64,000 nt of DNA from Epiperipatus broadwayi (taxonomy: Eukaryota > Animalia > Onychophora). This document shows positions 42,456 through 55,802 of the stretch, one piece after another. The notes beneath the pieces were generated by a model that searched no databases, had not been told where the DNA came from, and worked only from the letters and a program-made list of their open reading frames with translations. The position numbers and the translations under genes were made by a program. Numbering within the stretch: the first letter of the stretch is position 1; each line of letters opens with the position of its first letter. The stretch covers positions 21,576,001-21,640,000 of the forward strand of contig JAQFVV010000003.1 in NCBI GenBank assembly GCA_028023455.1, in the 5' to 3' direction.

Positions 42456-43336
42456 TATTAAAAATAAATGGGGACATTTTTTAAAAAATAAAAATATTTA
42501 TTTTAAAGATTTCTGTAGCAAATAGAAGCAATGGTTACAAACATATAAGATTACTATTATGAATCATCATAAAAATATTTTTATATGTGAGTCTGTGTTT
42601 TATAGGTATGCCATTAGAAATCCCTCATAATATAGTGGTGTAATACTTACAATCTAGATTCAGATCAAAGGCAGATAAAACTTGGGATTTTTTTAAAACC
42701 ATTTTAATCAGGCTTAGGATTTTTTTTTTAGTTTTCCAGGCAATAGTCAACCAAATAATCATTCAATATTACTCAGCAAATATATTATCTAGCTATTTCT
42801 AGCTAGAGAATAAGCCAAGCTTGGAAAAATGTCTAAATCGTTATCACTATGTAAACAGAAAATATGATGAGTAGTTTATTTTCATTCACTATTCTTCTAT
42901 AGGGATTTCTAGGAAAGCTTTGTCTTACAATAGGCTATTGAAATGTTATTTATCTTACTATTATGGCTTTCAGGCCAAATGATTGTTTTCTCATTCAGTA
43001 GTGTAACACATTGCCTCTGTTGCATCTTGATAAAAATATCCAAATCTTTTTCAGTACTTTTAACTTTAATATCTAATATTCTAATGACATAAAAATATGT
43101 TTTATCCTTTTGTAGATTTTTGACTGGGGCAATCTAGTTTTACTTGGATTTGTAGAGACATCTTCTAACAAGTTATATACATAATAACCCAATCACTGAA
43201 TAATTATTTTTATCCAAATCTTAATTTGGGGGAATCATAAATTCTAGGCAAATCACATAATTTTTTACATTTATTTATTCCTTTTTTTTGTGAAATAAGA
43301 ATATCAGTTACAACTTCTTACTGATGGCATTCCGTC

Positions 43337-43423
43337 ACAACATTAATGGTAGGCTGAACATCAAATCCTTTCACTTTATAACAACATTAATGATAGGCTG
43401 AACATCAACGCCTTTCACTTTAT
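43337..43423. repeat. 44-bp tandem duplication
   Basis: acaacattaatg.taggctgaacatcaa..cctttcactttat occurs twice. Confidence 0.9.
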
Positions 43424-45293
43424 CTTATTTAAAAATATTTTTAACTAAGTAAGGATGATATTGTTAAAAATCATATTCAAACACCATAGCAAAGTCAAAT
43501 AATAATAATTGAATTAAATTGAAAAGATATTTAATTTTATATATGAATGACATTTCATTTTATAGAATTAAATTCTAATGCCAATCAATTATTCATATTT
43601 CCCCCTATATATATATATATATAAATTAAATTAAATTCTAACTTCTTTGAAAATTTCTGATGTAGAAATGTATTCATTTTTTTTTAGCCTTTCTGTTGAT
43701 CTCAGTTCAATTTCCTGTAGAAATAAAAGAAAAAGAAAGTAACATAATTTGTAAAGAGACTTTGGAGTCCTTTGCATCTTTAGTGAAAGCATTAAATAGA
43801 AAGATGAAGTCTGTAAACTTAAAATGTTTTATTTCTTTTTTTACTAGTTACTTTCAAAAGAAATATCTAAGTGCTGATGTCTCGTGTTATTTTGTGAGAA
43901 AAATAAAAAATAATTTCAAGCATGAATAATGTAAGCCAGATGATATCCAAATAGAATTTACGGATCGTGAATAGTTATAAAAATTAAAATAAAATAAAAA
44001 ATTAGCTAATACTTGCATGCACGTGTATATATATATACTTTCAAGTAAAAGCAGTTTCAAATACACTACTGCAACAGAAAAACTTTTTCAAAATCTTAAG
44101 ATCAAAGAATTTTAATACAAGAGAAACAATAAAAAATAAAACAATCATCAAGTTAGTCGCTTATTAATTCGAACAGGATTTTTATTTTTATCTTTTGATT
44201 TACTTTCTAGTTAAAAATGGCTATTAAATAGACCTATGGTAAATTGCTTGGGAAGTCATATAAAATTCAAGCAGAAGTAGCAGATTGGGTATTTGGCATT
44301 TCAGTTAATCCAAGACCAGTTTTTTAATAACATTATTTAGCTGAGTAATGTAATTATCCTGGACCTTTCAACTCTGAATGTACCATTAATGTAATTTTTA
44401 TGATTAGTTTGATTGACTACGAGTATCCAACAAAAAAAAAATATTTCTAGAAAATCTTTAGATACAGTGTTTTTTTTTTTGTATCTTCACATTTGATTTC
44501 AATTTTTTCCATGGATATCCTATGCAATATACATGTGTTTTGCCTTAAAATGGTGCTCATGCAGGAAAATTTGCACATAAAAATTTATATATTTGAATTT
44601 ACAACTGTCCAATGTTTTTATATTTTTTTCAAACCATGAATAGTGTGTTTGTAAATATGATCAGACTACTCTACTTTAAATAATTCCAAGATTTGCCCAC
44701 ACTAAATCCTAAATCATGTCACAACAGGAGAATGGTCTCTTTTAATCAAATGTTGGAAATTGCTAAAATATTAAATTGTATGGAGTATTATCTATGAGTG
44801 AAAGCAGAACAAATATCACTATTTTTTTTTTTTTGCTTCTCTGATTCATTGTTTACATTTTTACCTACACAAATGTTGATTACAGTAAGAGATCTTTATT
44901 ACTGATTTAAATTTTCTTATATAAATAATCATATATTACAATATTATTTGAATATTTAATTACATGCTTGGAATAAATAATTACTGTATTATAGAAACCA
45001 ATATAATCAATCAAATTAATTTATAGGCTTCATACTTTGGTATATATGTGTATTTGATTATGATAATATTCAAGGTTTAACACAAATGGCACTACTTAAA
45101 TAGAAAATCATACTATCATTTCTGGTGGAGAGATTTGGATGTTTATTTAAAGATGATTCACTAATAAGAGTTTGTTCTGAAAAATATGTGTATAGTGAAT
45201 GAGGTCAATCTGATGTTCTTCTCACTTACTTAATAGCTTATACGAGTGTGGAATCAGGAACACTGTAAATTAATTTGTTTTAATATATATATA

Positions 45294-45573
45294 TATACAA
45301 ACCAATATACAATTACAAATATCCAGTAATGCCCTCTGTTTAAAGATCTATATCTCAATAATAGCAAACCTTAAATTGATACCTTTGCTTATTTAAAATT
45401 TCATGCTCTCTGTTTGAGTAGGTCTGTATTTTAATATTTAACATCATTTAGCATACAACCTTAAAGTGGTATCACTTTAATGTGGTATCAATTTAAGGTT
45501 TGCTATTATTGAGATATAGATCTTTAAACAGAGGGCATTACTGGATATTTGTAATTGTATAATGGTTTGTATA
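45294..45573. mobile_element. MITE-like element with near-perfect 90-bp terminal inverted repeats
   Basis: 45294-45383 versus 45484-45573 shows one mismatch by eye; TA-rich flanks. Confidence 0.8.
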
Positions 45574-47221
45574 TTTTCTATAATTATTTCAGTTAGTGTT
45601 AACAGTAACTTTCTTTTCTCATATATATATATTGAAGTTTACTTTGTTCAAAGCTAAATTGGTTTGTAAATGTAAATCACATAAAAAAGCTAATACTTAT
45701 GAACATCTAAAATCCTTGATCTGCCAGAAGTACCAAAAGTAGACTTGATTCAATGATTTTATACTCCAGTCTTACACTCTATCACTGCACTAAGCCATGC
45801 AGGACAAACAATTTCAAAATTTAAATTAACAGAAATGCTGAAATAATGTCATTTAAATCCAAATATCAAAGTAGAATAAACATTTATTATTTTTGAAAAC
45901 ACATTGAAACAACCAAATGTTAACTGGCGATTAAATAAATTATAATAAAACATTTATTCATATCCAGTCATTACTTACCATCTAATATTATTTACATCCC
46001 ACAAACCTTTACACTCATCAATAACATAATATCCTGCCTATTAATGGACCTTTAAAAATATCCATGCACATCATTCATTCCTTCAATACTTAATATGTCA
46101 CCAACATTTTTCTCAATTATTCCTTATCCAAGAAAGGTCTTCATAATCTAACATTATAAATATCCCTAATTCTTTTATCATCCACTAAAATATGTTAACT
46201 TCCTGTTATCCAATGTATGTATAGGGACAATCATATAACTTTTGAAACTTCTTGTACTTATTCAGTTTGACTGACAGATACTTTTCTCAGTAATTGTATT
46301 ATTGACATCGAACACTTAGGGAAAGCTGATAATAGAAGTGTCTACTAAAATGCAATTGAATAAGTGCAAACTTGTGGATTTTTTTAGTAATGATTGATAT
46401 AATTTCACACTTGCTTGATTTGCTTAATCCATCCTTAATTTTGTGAATGTGTGTGTGTGTGTGTGTTGAACAATAGATACAACTCCTTAATTGTGCATTT
46501 ATAGTGAGATAAATTGGAAATTCTTAAATAGATGCTTTGATCAGAAATGATGAATTTGAGTTTCCTATCATAAGTAAATGTTGATTCTTCAGGATGTGAA
46601 TAGTATTTCTACTATGACCTGCCATACTAAGTATGAAATTATAAACTTTAAGAAAAACTCATATCTACAATAAATATTTTACTTTATAGAATGGAAGCAG
46701 TAACTAATAATATATCCAATACTTTATTTGGTTTCCAAGAAATTATTAAATTCAATGAATCATATATAACTTGTTTAATAGTTTATTTTGAACATATTTT
46801 ACTCTTGCTTAATATGAACATTACATATTATAGCAGGTATACATTCAATCAATAAAACTAACTTCATAACATCTATTCTATTTTTCTAGGCCTATAATAA
46901 CCAAATAAATAATGAAGTATACTTACTTTATTTCTTAAATTCATTGGTTTTACTGTCTTCCTTTTCATCTGATTGATATTTTAAAAATATGGTTGTTTAT
47001 TTTATATTGATACTTTACTTTCACAACATGATCACGTTTCTAAACTTAATCATGTGTTTTATTTTCTAAAACATTAATTATTTTTTTCAATTTCTATTTC
47101 TTATTTCTGCAATTTAAATAAACATTACAAATCTGTTTTTACTGTTTTATTCATGGTCAGTCAAATGGTCACAATTATATAATGAGCATGATAACAGCTC
47201 TTAACAAGCTTTTCAGAATAT

Positions 47222-47260
47222 CCTCAGACCAGTTTCTAGCTCTGGCTTTCATCAGTGAGA
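47222..47260 (-). ncRNA. Minimal type I hammerhead ribozyme candidate (family A) in the loop of a 30-bp inverted repeat spanning 47175-47294
   Basis: The reverse complement reads UCUCA CUGAUGA AAGCCAGAGCUA GAAA CUGGUC UGAGG. Confidence 0.7.
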
Positions 47261-47399
47261 CTTATTAAGAGCTATTGGCATGCTCATTATATAACATTTG
47301 TAATACAAGCTTATTAAATTAAGTCACATGATATATGACTTGATTTCCTTGCAATGGGTACAGAGTAGACATTCTCAACACTTAAATATTGTTGCACAA

Positions 47400-48200
47400 G
47401 TTGGAGTGAATAATGATTCAGACTTTTTAATGCTTTGTTCTAAGAATCTTTGCAATAATTTCCCAGAGTAGTTACATTTCTGAAAAAAAAGACTCCATTG
47501 AAATAATCATTCTAATAAGATAAATATAATTAAAGAATTTGAGGCTTTTATGATCAGTTACCATAATCACCTCTTAATAAGATTTTTTTTCTGTTAGTGA
47601 GTTATTTGATTCTTGATATTCCAGTGGTCTGGTGACAAAATAGAAGATGCCTTGTTGGTCAATATTCTAATTGGGAAAATGTAACTCCTAATCCATAATT
47701 ATTTCTGTCTGCTTGCATGTAAAAAAGTGGGTCAAAGTTTGTATATGATAACATTATTACTTTCAAAATATTTGTTTAATTTTACTAAAATTCTTATCAT
47801 GCATGGGTATCCATTTCCATGTGATGTCCTTCTTAAAAGCAGTAGCAAGGACTCTATGTCTGAACCCAAGAATGATTTGATCAGTTTTTAACTTCAGAAT
47901 AGAAAATTCTCTTATTGTAATTATTTTTCCCATTTGTTTGCACTTTTTAAAAAATAGTTCTAGATGTGTCATATGTTCTTTTATAGCTGCAAATGCAACT
48001 ACAGTATTATCCATATATATACAAGTGCTTGATTTTTGGAGAGAGATGACTAGATCAATTTGCCTTAGCAAACCCTATCTTTTTTTCATTGATCTAAATT
48101 ATATGCAGTTATTAGGAACATTGATCATACTTGAAAGCAATATGTAGGGTAATTTTTAAATAAAGTTTAATCTGCCAATAACTGGAGATGAGATTAAATA
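47400..48200 (-). mobile_element. Ty3/Gypsy pol relic (RT and RNase H)
   Basis: CIYMDNTVV...EHMTHLE (YxDD region), LSYTNFDPLFYMQADRNNYGLGVTFSQ, RPLEYQESNNSLTEK and VTDHKSLKF. Confidence 0.8.
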
Positions 48201-48339
48201 TAATAAATATTTATACATTGAATTTTTGTAAAAATTTATGAATAAATAGTGATATATTTTAATGTGGCACTATAATTTTATTCAATGCTTGTGATCTAGA
48301 CAAAGCTCTATTAAGCCATCTTTTTTCCCACTATTACTC

Positions 48340-48440
48340 TGTCTTGCACTGAGTGGCGATACTGTATGCAGAGTTTTGCCTTTTTTAATAACAGTTATAA
48401 GCAAGCATAAGAAATGGTAATCATGAGATATTTATTGGCT
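48340..48440 (+). mobile_element. Partial family A copy (3' end), in tandem with the next copy
   Basis: cttgcactgagtggcgatactgtatgcagagttttgcc..aacagttataagcaagcataagaaatgg. Confidence 0.85.
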
Positions 48441-48599
48441 TAAAACCAATCCTGCCTAATAGAATAGTGGTGGCTATAGTTATTAAAGAACCAAAGATAT
48501 CAAAATGTATAGGTACTGAAATGAGTTCAGACCTATATGACTATATAAGCTGGTGAGCTTGGATTGAAAATATTGTGTTTTCAATTTAAGACTCATAGT

Positions 48600-48895
48600 T
48601 TTGTAGTTAAGTAGAGATAAAAGGTGGCTGCTGGAGAGTTACATTAGATACTAAGATCTAAGTGCAGTGCTCTCAGATTCAAGGCTCCTCACTGATGAAA
48701 GCCACAAGTCCGAAACTAGTCTGAGGATATTGGATGAATAGGCACTAGATGGGGATTTTATGTACTGGCTTTCTGGTATCCATTAATTACTCTAACTTGC
48801 ACTGAATGGCAATACTGTATGGAGAGTTTTGCCTGTTTTAATAACAGTTATAAGCAAGCATAAGAAATGGTGATCATGTGATGTTTATTGGCTTA
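48600..48895 (+). mobile_element. Family A PLE/retrozyme-like repeat, most complete copy
   Basis: Homologous to 7800-8010 (reverse complement), 28584, 48340 and 53263. Confidence 0.85.
48686..48727 (+). ncRNA. Minimal type I hammerhead ribozyme candidate (family A)
   Basis: UCCUCA CUGAUGA AAGCCACAAGUCC GAAA CUAGUC UGAGGA: 6-bp stem I, intact core, palindromic ACUAGU stem III and GUC cleavage triplet; stem II is imperfect. Confidence 0.78.
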
Positions 48896-49269
48896 AGGGT
48901 GATAAACAAATTTGCTTTTCAATTTCTTTGTATTGATTGAAATGCAGATTATTATGATTTAATATATTCTTCTTTTCTCCTTATATCTTTTTTATGCATT
49001 GATAAAATTATAGACCAATTAAATAAATCCATCATTCTTTTATAACTATAGTAATGCTTATATTAATAAAAAGCTTTGAAGTCTGCTAGTCTGTCAAAAC
49101 CATCACAAGATATATTAAGCATTGTTATAGTGATAAAAGAAAGATGAATTTATTTAATTATGATATGAATTAATCTATTACAGATTTATATTTTTATTTA
49201 TAAAACAAAGATTCTAGTTTTATCTGTTATTCTTTTTTAGCTGGATTAATTCCCTGATTTTATCAATCA

Positions 49270-49900
49270 TTTCTTTTTTAAAAAAGAAATTTATTCTATA
49301 AATTGTATTAGTTGATAAGTTACATTATAAATGTTCACTGATTTGCAGAATGCAGGCCCAGTGTCGACCATATAGATCCCATGATATATTTTGGGGCAAT
49401 TAAATGATCTCTTCTTGATTTCATTTATTGTTTCCATGAATATGTAGCCTTTACGGTCTTCTGCCTGCTCCATTACCATCTTGCATCTGAGATACCAAAA
49501 TGTGTAATTGAAGAAAATGGAAAGTCTAATTTGTGAAAAGACACCATGTTCCATATAACTTCTTATTGATAAGATATTTGCATTTATGTTCTTTGTCCCA
49601 TTTGTAATTAATAGTCTGTGAATATTTAATCTGGTGCATCTCATGATGATATGGTTAATTAATTTTTCTTCCTTCCCACACATTTGACAAATTGTTTCAA
49701 TTGTTTGTGGTTTTTTTATTGACTAGAAAGGATTTTGTGGGGAGGGAATCTAAATTGAATTTGGTTTTGATAGAGGGAGTTCTCTCCAATCTTTTTTTAT
49801 GTTTTGTATTGTTAATTTTATCTAGTAACCATTTTTCAATGTTAAACTGTTTATTGTGATGTGATGTATTTTGGCTTCTTCTTAAACAAAGTCAAGAATA
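49270..49900 (-). mobile_element. L1/Tx1-like ORF2 3' fragment
   Basis: CQMC..EKLINHIIMRC and GVFSQIRLSIFFNYTFWYLRCKMV are homologous to GIFSEIRLSAIINFSIWALRCKLV of the 21.6-kb copy. Confidence 0.85.
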
Positions 49901-49939
49901 TCTCAGCAATTATGCCCAGATAAAACTGTCAGCCACTTT

Positions 49940-50960
49940 ATTTTCCATTCCCCACTCTAAGTCTTCCCATATTCTGCCCCATCTCATTTCCACAACATAA
50001 TCTTTGTCAACTCTATGGTCTTTATATCTAAATCCCCCTTATCTTTTTGCAAACCCAATAACTCACTTTCTGTATAATCACTTTGTTCATATCTATTCTC
50101 CCATAACTTCATTATCTGTACCCTTTCTCCTTTCAAGCATTTACATTCAATCAACAAATGCCTAATATTTTCTATACCTTCCTTACACAATTTGCACACT
50201 AAATCACCCATAGTTTTCCATTTATATGTATATTCTCTTGTTGCTAAGAATCATGTTTGAGCCTTAAACAATAAACCACTTTCCTTACTATTATCATAAA
50301 TTAACTCGCATCCAATATTAACGATATTACTGTATTTGTCGCTCTCTAGTGGACTTGACTCATCAATGTTTTTTTCTCCTGCATTATTTCTAGTAAGTTT
50401 TGTTTTTATTGTACTAGGATCATGGCTTGAATTATCTTTAATTTCATTATTTTTTGAGGGTTCTTCATTTTAAACATTTGAATTTCTTTCATGATTATTT
50501 TCTAGATTTTTAGATTTGTTATTAATAGCGATTTTGTCAACTTCTGGCAGTACTTCCTTTTTATTACTTTTATATTTGTGTTTATTTGGGTTGGCTATAT
50601 AATTTTCTTTAGTGTAATTATTTTGTGAATCATTTTCCATGTCATTTTCTTCTGGAAATTCTTTAGGTTTAGTTTGTGAATGTTTTTTTTTTATTTATCA
50701 TTTTTGGGTTTTGTGTAGGTTTTACTGTTGAAAAATCTAGTTTCATTGCCTTCCATATTGGATTTTTTAGCATTGTTGCTAATTTTCTTCCTTTTTGCTG
50801 ACATGAAGTTTTAGTAATTTCTCCTTGCTCAGAAACTGTTAAAAAATGTACTTACCCAAAGGTTGTGCCACTTTTCTGGTTTCTGACTCCCCAAACTTTT
50901 TGCAAAACTTGATTTCAATGTAGAGCTTTATCCAGCGAATGTTGTACTACTAGCACCCAA
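49940..50960 (-). mobile_element. Internally deleted non-LTR element: 5' region and K/N/E-rich ORF fused to a CCHC C-terminal domain
   Basis: MSAKRKK start; one frame runs ...IYDNSKESGLLFKAQT*FLATREY..CKLC-x8-H-x4-C. Confidence 0.65.
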
Positions 50961-52596
50961 AATAGTTAAATAGCTATCATTTCTTGTTGGTTTAAACTAT
51001 CATGAATGCAATAAATTTTGGGGTTAATTTATATAACTAGACTCTACAAATTTTTATTATAATCCAGGATACATCTAGTCTTATGCATAAAGTTAGAGAT
51101 CCTATTATTATTTCATGGATTAGTCCAGACATAAAAAAGAAAATAAGATTTTATTTAACCCATATTTACCTGAAAGCTAGTTTGGCTTTGTGATTATTTT
51201 CTAGGATAACAAGTAACGATTTTAATGTTAAAATGTGAATTTTGGGGCTCAGAAAAATAATTTATTCATATAATTCTTCAGATATTTTTGAAACATGGTT
51301 ACATGAATCCATTAATGCCTCAGTAATATTTTTTCATCACAATCTTTTTGGACAATCATGGTTAAGAAATTGTATCACTCCATTTATCAGTTGCAGCTTA
51401 AGTTTGTTATTTTATTTACAATAACGATCTTCCGGTGTTTAAACCTCCCAAATATTTAATTATTATCGTTAAAATCTTTGATTTTATTTACAAATATATT
51501 TCTTGAATCTGTATCATAATTTATCTTGTTAAAAAGCACATATTTAAAGGTTAATATAATAATATAATTTGGGAAAGGAAGGGGTTATAATTATGATGAT
51601 TGTTAAAAGAAAATACGAAGAATTAAAAAAATGTTTAGTTAAAATTGCATTTTAATTATTAAAATGTTTGAGCTCAAAAAACAAACTTTTTTATATATAA
51701 ACTCAAAAAAATTAAAATAAAAACTATTCTTTATTGTCTTGGCATATTAAAATATATCTGTTTTGAATAATTAAATAATCACTTATGTTTTTGTAAAGCA
51801 TATACCATTTTAATCTTTCTGTTCTCTAATAAAATTTACTGCAAAAATTAAATTATAAAAATATTAGATGTCTAGGAATTAATAAGTTTGCAATAAATAA
51901 ATGTATCCCTTACCAATGACTGAAAAGGAAAAAAAATCCTCATCTTTTTTATATCATATAAAAGTTTATTGAATGATTAGGCAAGAAGGCGGAAAATATA
52001 AAACAGTCTACTTTCTCATTTGAAAAGCAAGAAGATATTTGTGGTCTGAGTTTGAATTTTAGTCAAATAAAAAAATTTCAAAGTTTGAATCAAATTTAGA
52101 ATTTTTTCTGGAATAGCTAGCTAATTTATAGCTAATCTAGCTAACTATCCAACATTCAATAAATGGGTAGCCAACTGCTCTTAGCTATTGGAAAACAAGG
52201 ATAGAAAAATGTTCAAACTCGCCTAAATGGAAAACCTGATGAGTAAAACATTATCGTTCACTATTACTCCATGAGAATTATTGGAGAAGTTTTCGCCCTG
52301 AAGTGACTTATTTGATGGCTGTTTAATCATTGTTTTAATGTGTTGGATATATCTTTTATTAAAGTTATCCAGTTTTATACGTTTATTTGTATAATCTCTC
52401 TTAGATTTTTGGAAATACGCTCGAGCTTATCATAATCTTTACTTTTATACATCGGGATTTTTTCTGTGATGAATTTATTTTTTGTATACTGACCTCATCT
52501 CCAGTTAGCCTATTTTTATCATTTTTTTAGCATATATATATATATTTAAATGGTTTTTAAATATATATATAATATCAAATGATATAAGTATAATAA

Positions 52597-52811
52597 ACAA
52601 AATCCTCTAGAATAATTCTATAAAATTAAAAATGCGTATATAAAATTAAAGATTAATTTCCTTGGCTATAGCCAGCATATTCCGCCATCTTGAGTACGTA
52701 TTGCTATTCAAGATGGCGAAATACGCTGTAAGCTAGCTATAGCCAAGGAAATTAATCTTTAATTTTATATAGGCATTTTTAATTTTATAGAATTATTCTA
52801 ATGGTTTTGTA
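52597..52811. repeat. Long inverted repeat (arms of about 90-100 bp), MITE-like
   Basis: tagaataattctataaaatt..ccttggctatagc is mirrored by gctatagccaagg..aattttatagaattattcta. Confidence 0.85.
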
Positions 52812-53262
52812 TATATAGCTTATAGAAATAAAGAGAAAATGTGATAAATATTTTTAACTAAGATGTTTCATAAATCTCATCTTGTATAAATCTATAATTC
52901 TTAGAAAAATTATAATGTAAAATATACTTGAGAAAAACTTAATGGCAATTATGAAATAATCAATTCAAACGTTATAGAGTCAACCAACTTTAGTCTATAA
53001 TTTTTGAATTGTTTATTTCATAACTGTCATTACGTCTGGAAATTCACTTGAACAATTAATTAATATATTACACTTTATATATACAATTATTATTTTTATT
53101 ATAAATATGATGCATTTACAAAAAATATGTAAGAATCAATATTTAGGAATTTGAAGTATAAAACTATCGGAATATGCTTCCAAATGAGCAAGCATCAGAA
53201 ATCTTTATTCCTCCCATCCCCGATTATAACTGCCATCAAAAACTAAAACAAAATTATAATAA

Positions 53263-53427
53263 ACATCACATGACCACCTCCTTTTATGCTTGTGTATAAC
53301 TGTTGTTAAATCAGGCAAAACTCACTATATATATTTTGCCACACACAGATGCCTTCTGGCATCCATTGATTACTCTAGCTTGCTGTGTGTGGCAAAATAT
53401 ATATAGTGAGTTTTGCCTGTTTTAACA
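53263..53427. mobile_element. Family A-derived fold-back insertion with 13-bp TSD
   Basis: caggcaaaactcactatatatattttgccacacacag is mirrored; aaaattataataa at 53250-53262 and 53428-53440. Confidence 0.8.
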
Positions 53428-55802
53428 AAAATTATAATAAGTTGTGTATTAGATTATAGCTATTCAATGACCAAAGAATAGGATTTATAACAGAAGCAAA
53501 AATAATATTCATTCCAGATATCGGAGAATACATGAAGGGCAAATATAGCATTTATTTGGAATGCATCTCGAAGATTAATCAATATATAAATAGATATATA
53601 ATTCAATGATAATAAAATACTATTTTAATGAAAAGCTTTGATCATGATATATTATTGGAATATATGCGAACAGGGTAAATGTTTGGCTGAAGAAGGTAAA
53701 GTAACTAGGTAACTTGGTATCTATTATATGCAATAACATTTGATCATCATTAATAATGTATTGCTTGTCATTCTATTAATTCATTTTACACCTCAATTTT
53801 ATAGTAACATTATAAACTTTAATAATCCCTTACGTTGTTAAGGTGCATATATTATATATATATATATACTTAATGAATATGTGTTTAAATAATTTTGTTT
53901 ATAATAGTGTAGTTAGAGATGATAATCACCGTTAGAATATTCATATAAAACATTTGAATAAAAATTACAAATTCTTAACGGTTAATGATGCTTTCCTTTT
54001 AATTAACGTAATAAAAGCCAATTACCACACTTTCAGAAACTAATTATTGTAATAACAAAAGAAATACACGTGTTGTTCACTATTTGATATGGGAAAAATT
54101 ATTAACTCACATACAAGTTCATTAAATTCAAAATACTTGGCTGTTTTTCATAGCAGTCGGTGAGGAGATCCAGAAGAAAATTTATTAAATTACGTGGTAG
54201 TTTATAAAACATTAACTTTTGTCTTGATAAGTAAATTATACACATGCATGCACACACAATTTGTGTAAACTATGGAAGTGATAAAAAATTTAAAAATAAA
54301 TAAATAAAATTTGAATTAAAAATTAGATAACATTTGAAATAATTTTTTTTAAAATAATCTACAGTAAATATATATATATATTTAAAATTCATCTCATTAG
54401 AAAAAAAATTTGTTAAATTTATTTTTGAAAAATTGAGATTGCTAACTAAAAATTTTGTTTATAAATAGTCCAGTGACAGAAGATACAATAGAATTTAAAA
54501 GTATGATGTGTACAGAGATGAACACACTTCGCAGTATCTGTATTTACTATATAATCACTTGAAATAAAGACATCTGAATGACATCAGGTCCAATCGTATA
54601 TGTTAAACATTCATTGTTTGTTGGCCATGCAGCATAAAATAGGCAAATTATTCTGCTATATGTATACATTTCAGTTTACAAACCATCATCAACTGCAATT
54701 GGAGTCAAGCCAATTCACTGTGACAGTATAAGGAACTGATTATCCGATATGAAATAAACAATTATTATATTTTGAAGATTTAGCTTTGGTGCAAAACAGG
54801 ATGATTTGTTATCTAAAAGTATACAAGCTGCAAAGTAAGTTGTTCATTTTTATACACTATGACAACAAAGCAATTAGTGTTTAATGCATAAAATGTATAT
54901 ACAGATACCATAGTTAATTATTTAGCACATGATTCTTTTTTTAAGTCAGCCTATAGAAATTGTAACCAGGATATTGATTCACTAATGGCTTTACCAAGGC
55001 CTTCAATTCTGGTATTATAACCATAGATTTTACAATCATTTTTAACTATGTAATTTGTAGATTGTGTTGAACTAATATCTACATAACTCAGTGACTGTTA
55101 AATTCTATTTATGAGGCAGATAAGCACATCAACCATGAGTTATTCTGAATCTATTGATGAAACTCTACTTGCATCTAGAAAGATCAAATAAAAAAATTTA
55201 TTGCTAAATCTGGAAAAAGAAATGTGTTTGGAACATCGTAAATATTCCCTTTTTTATATCTTTGATTGATTGTAGATTTTTGGCTGAAACAAATTTGAAT
55301 CATGTTTTAGAAGGTAAACTATATATTGAGTTGTTGGCAAGTCTAATCTGCTTAGCAGCTTTGGATATTTTTCTGAGAGATAATTTTTTTCCTGATATCT
55401 GATGGAGTCAATAGGTGAAAAAATAGGAAAATTAATAGAAGGGGGATTATAACAATTGAAAGGAATCTAAAAAGCTTTGCATCAGAAATGATTTACATGT
55501 AATTTAAATAAATACTGAGAAAAGTGATTTTTAAGTGTTTTATAGGAATATATATATAATACAATTACTTACAATTACTTGTTAATCAAAACACTTAAAA
55601 TTAAACGTTATCTAACTTCAAATAGTAATAAAAGATAAAAAAAAAAATAACTCATTTTCTTCTTTTTTCTGGTTTTAATAGGAAAATGTAGGCATAACTT
55701 TTTCAAAATCAGCGGTTGGGTAGATAGCAACCTAGGTATTGACATATTCTTAAATAAATAAAATGCAATTATACAGCTTTGAATACATAAAATAGAGCAT
55801 TG

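Noticed and set aside
52236-52260. ctgatga motif
   Set aside because: No GAAA after a plausible stem II.
54990-55075. Possible 84-nt minus-strand exon (DISSTQSTNYIVKNDCKIYGYNTRIEGL)
   Set aside because: The acceptor is poor, there is no recognisable homology, and no linked exons were found.
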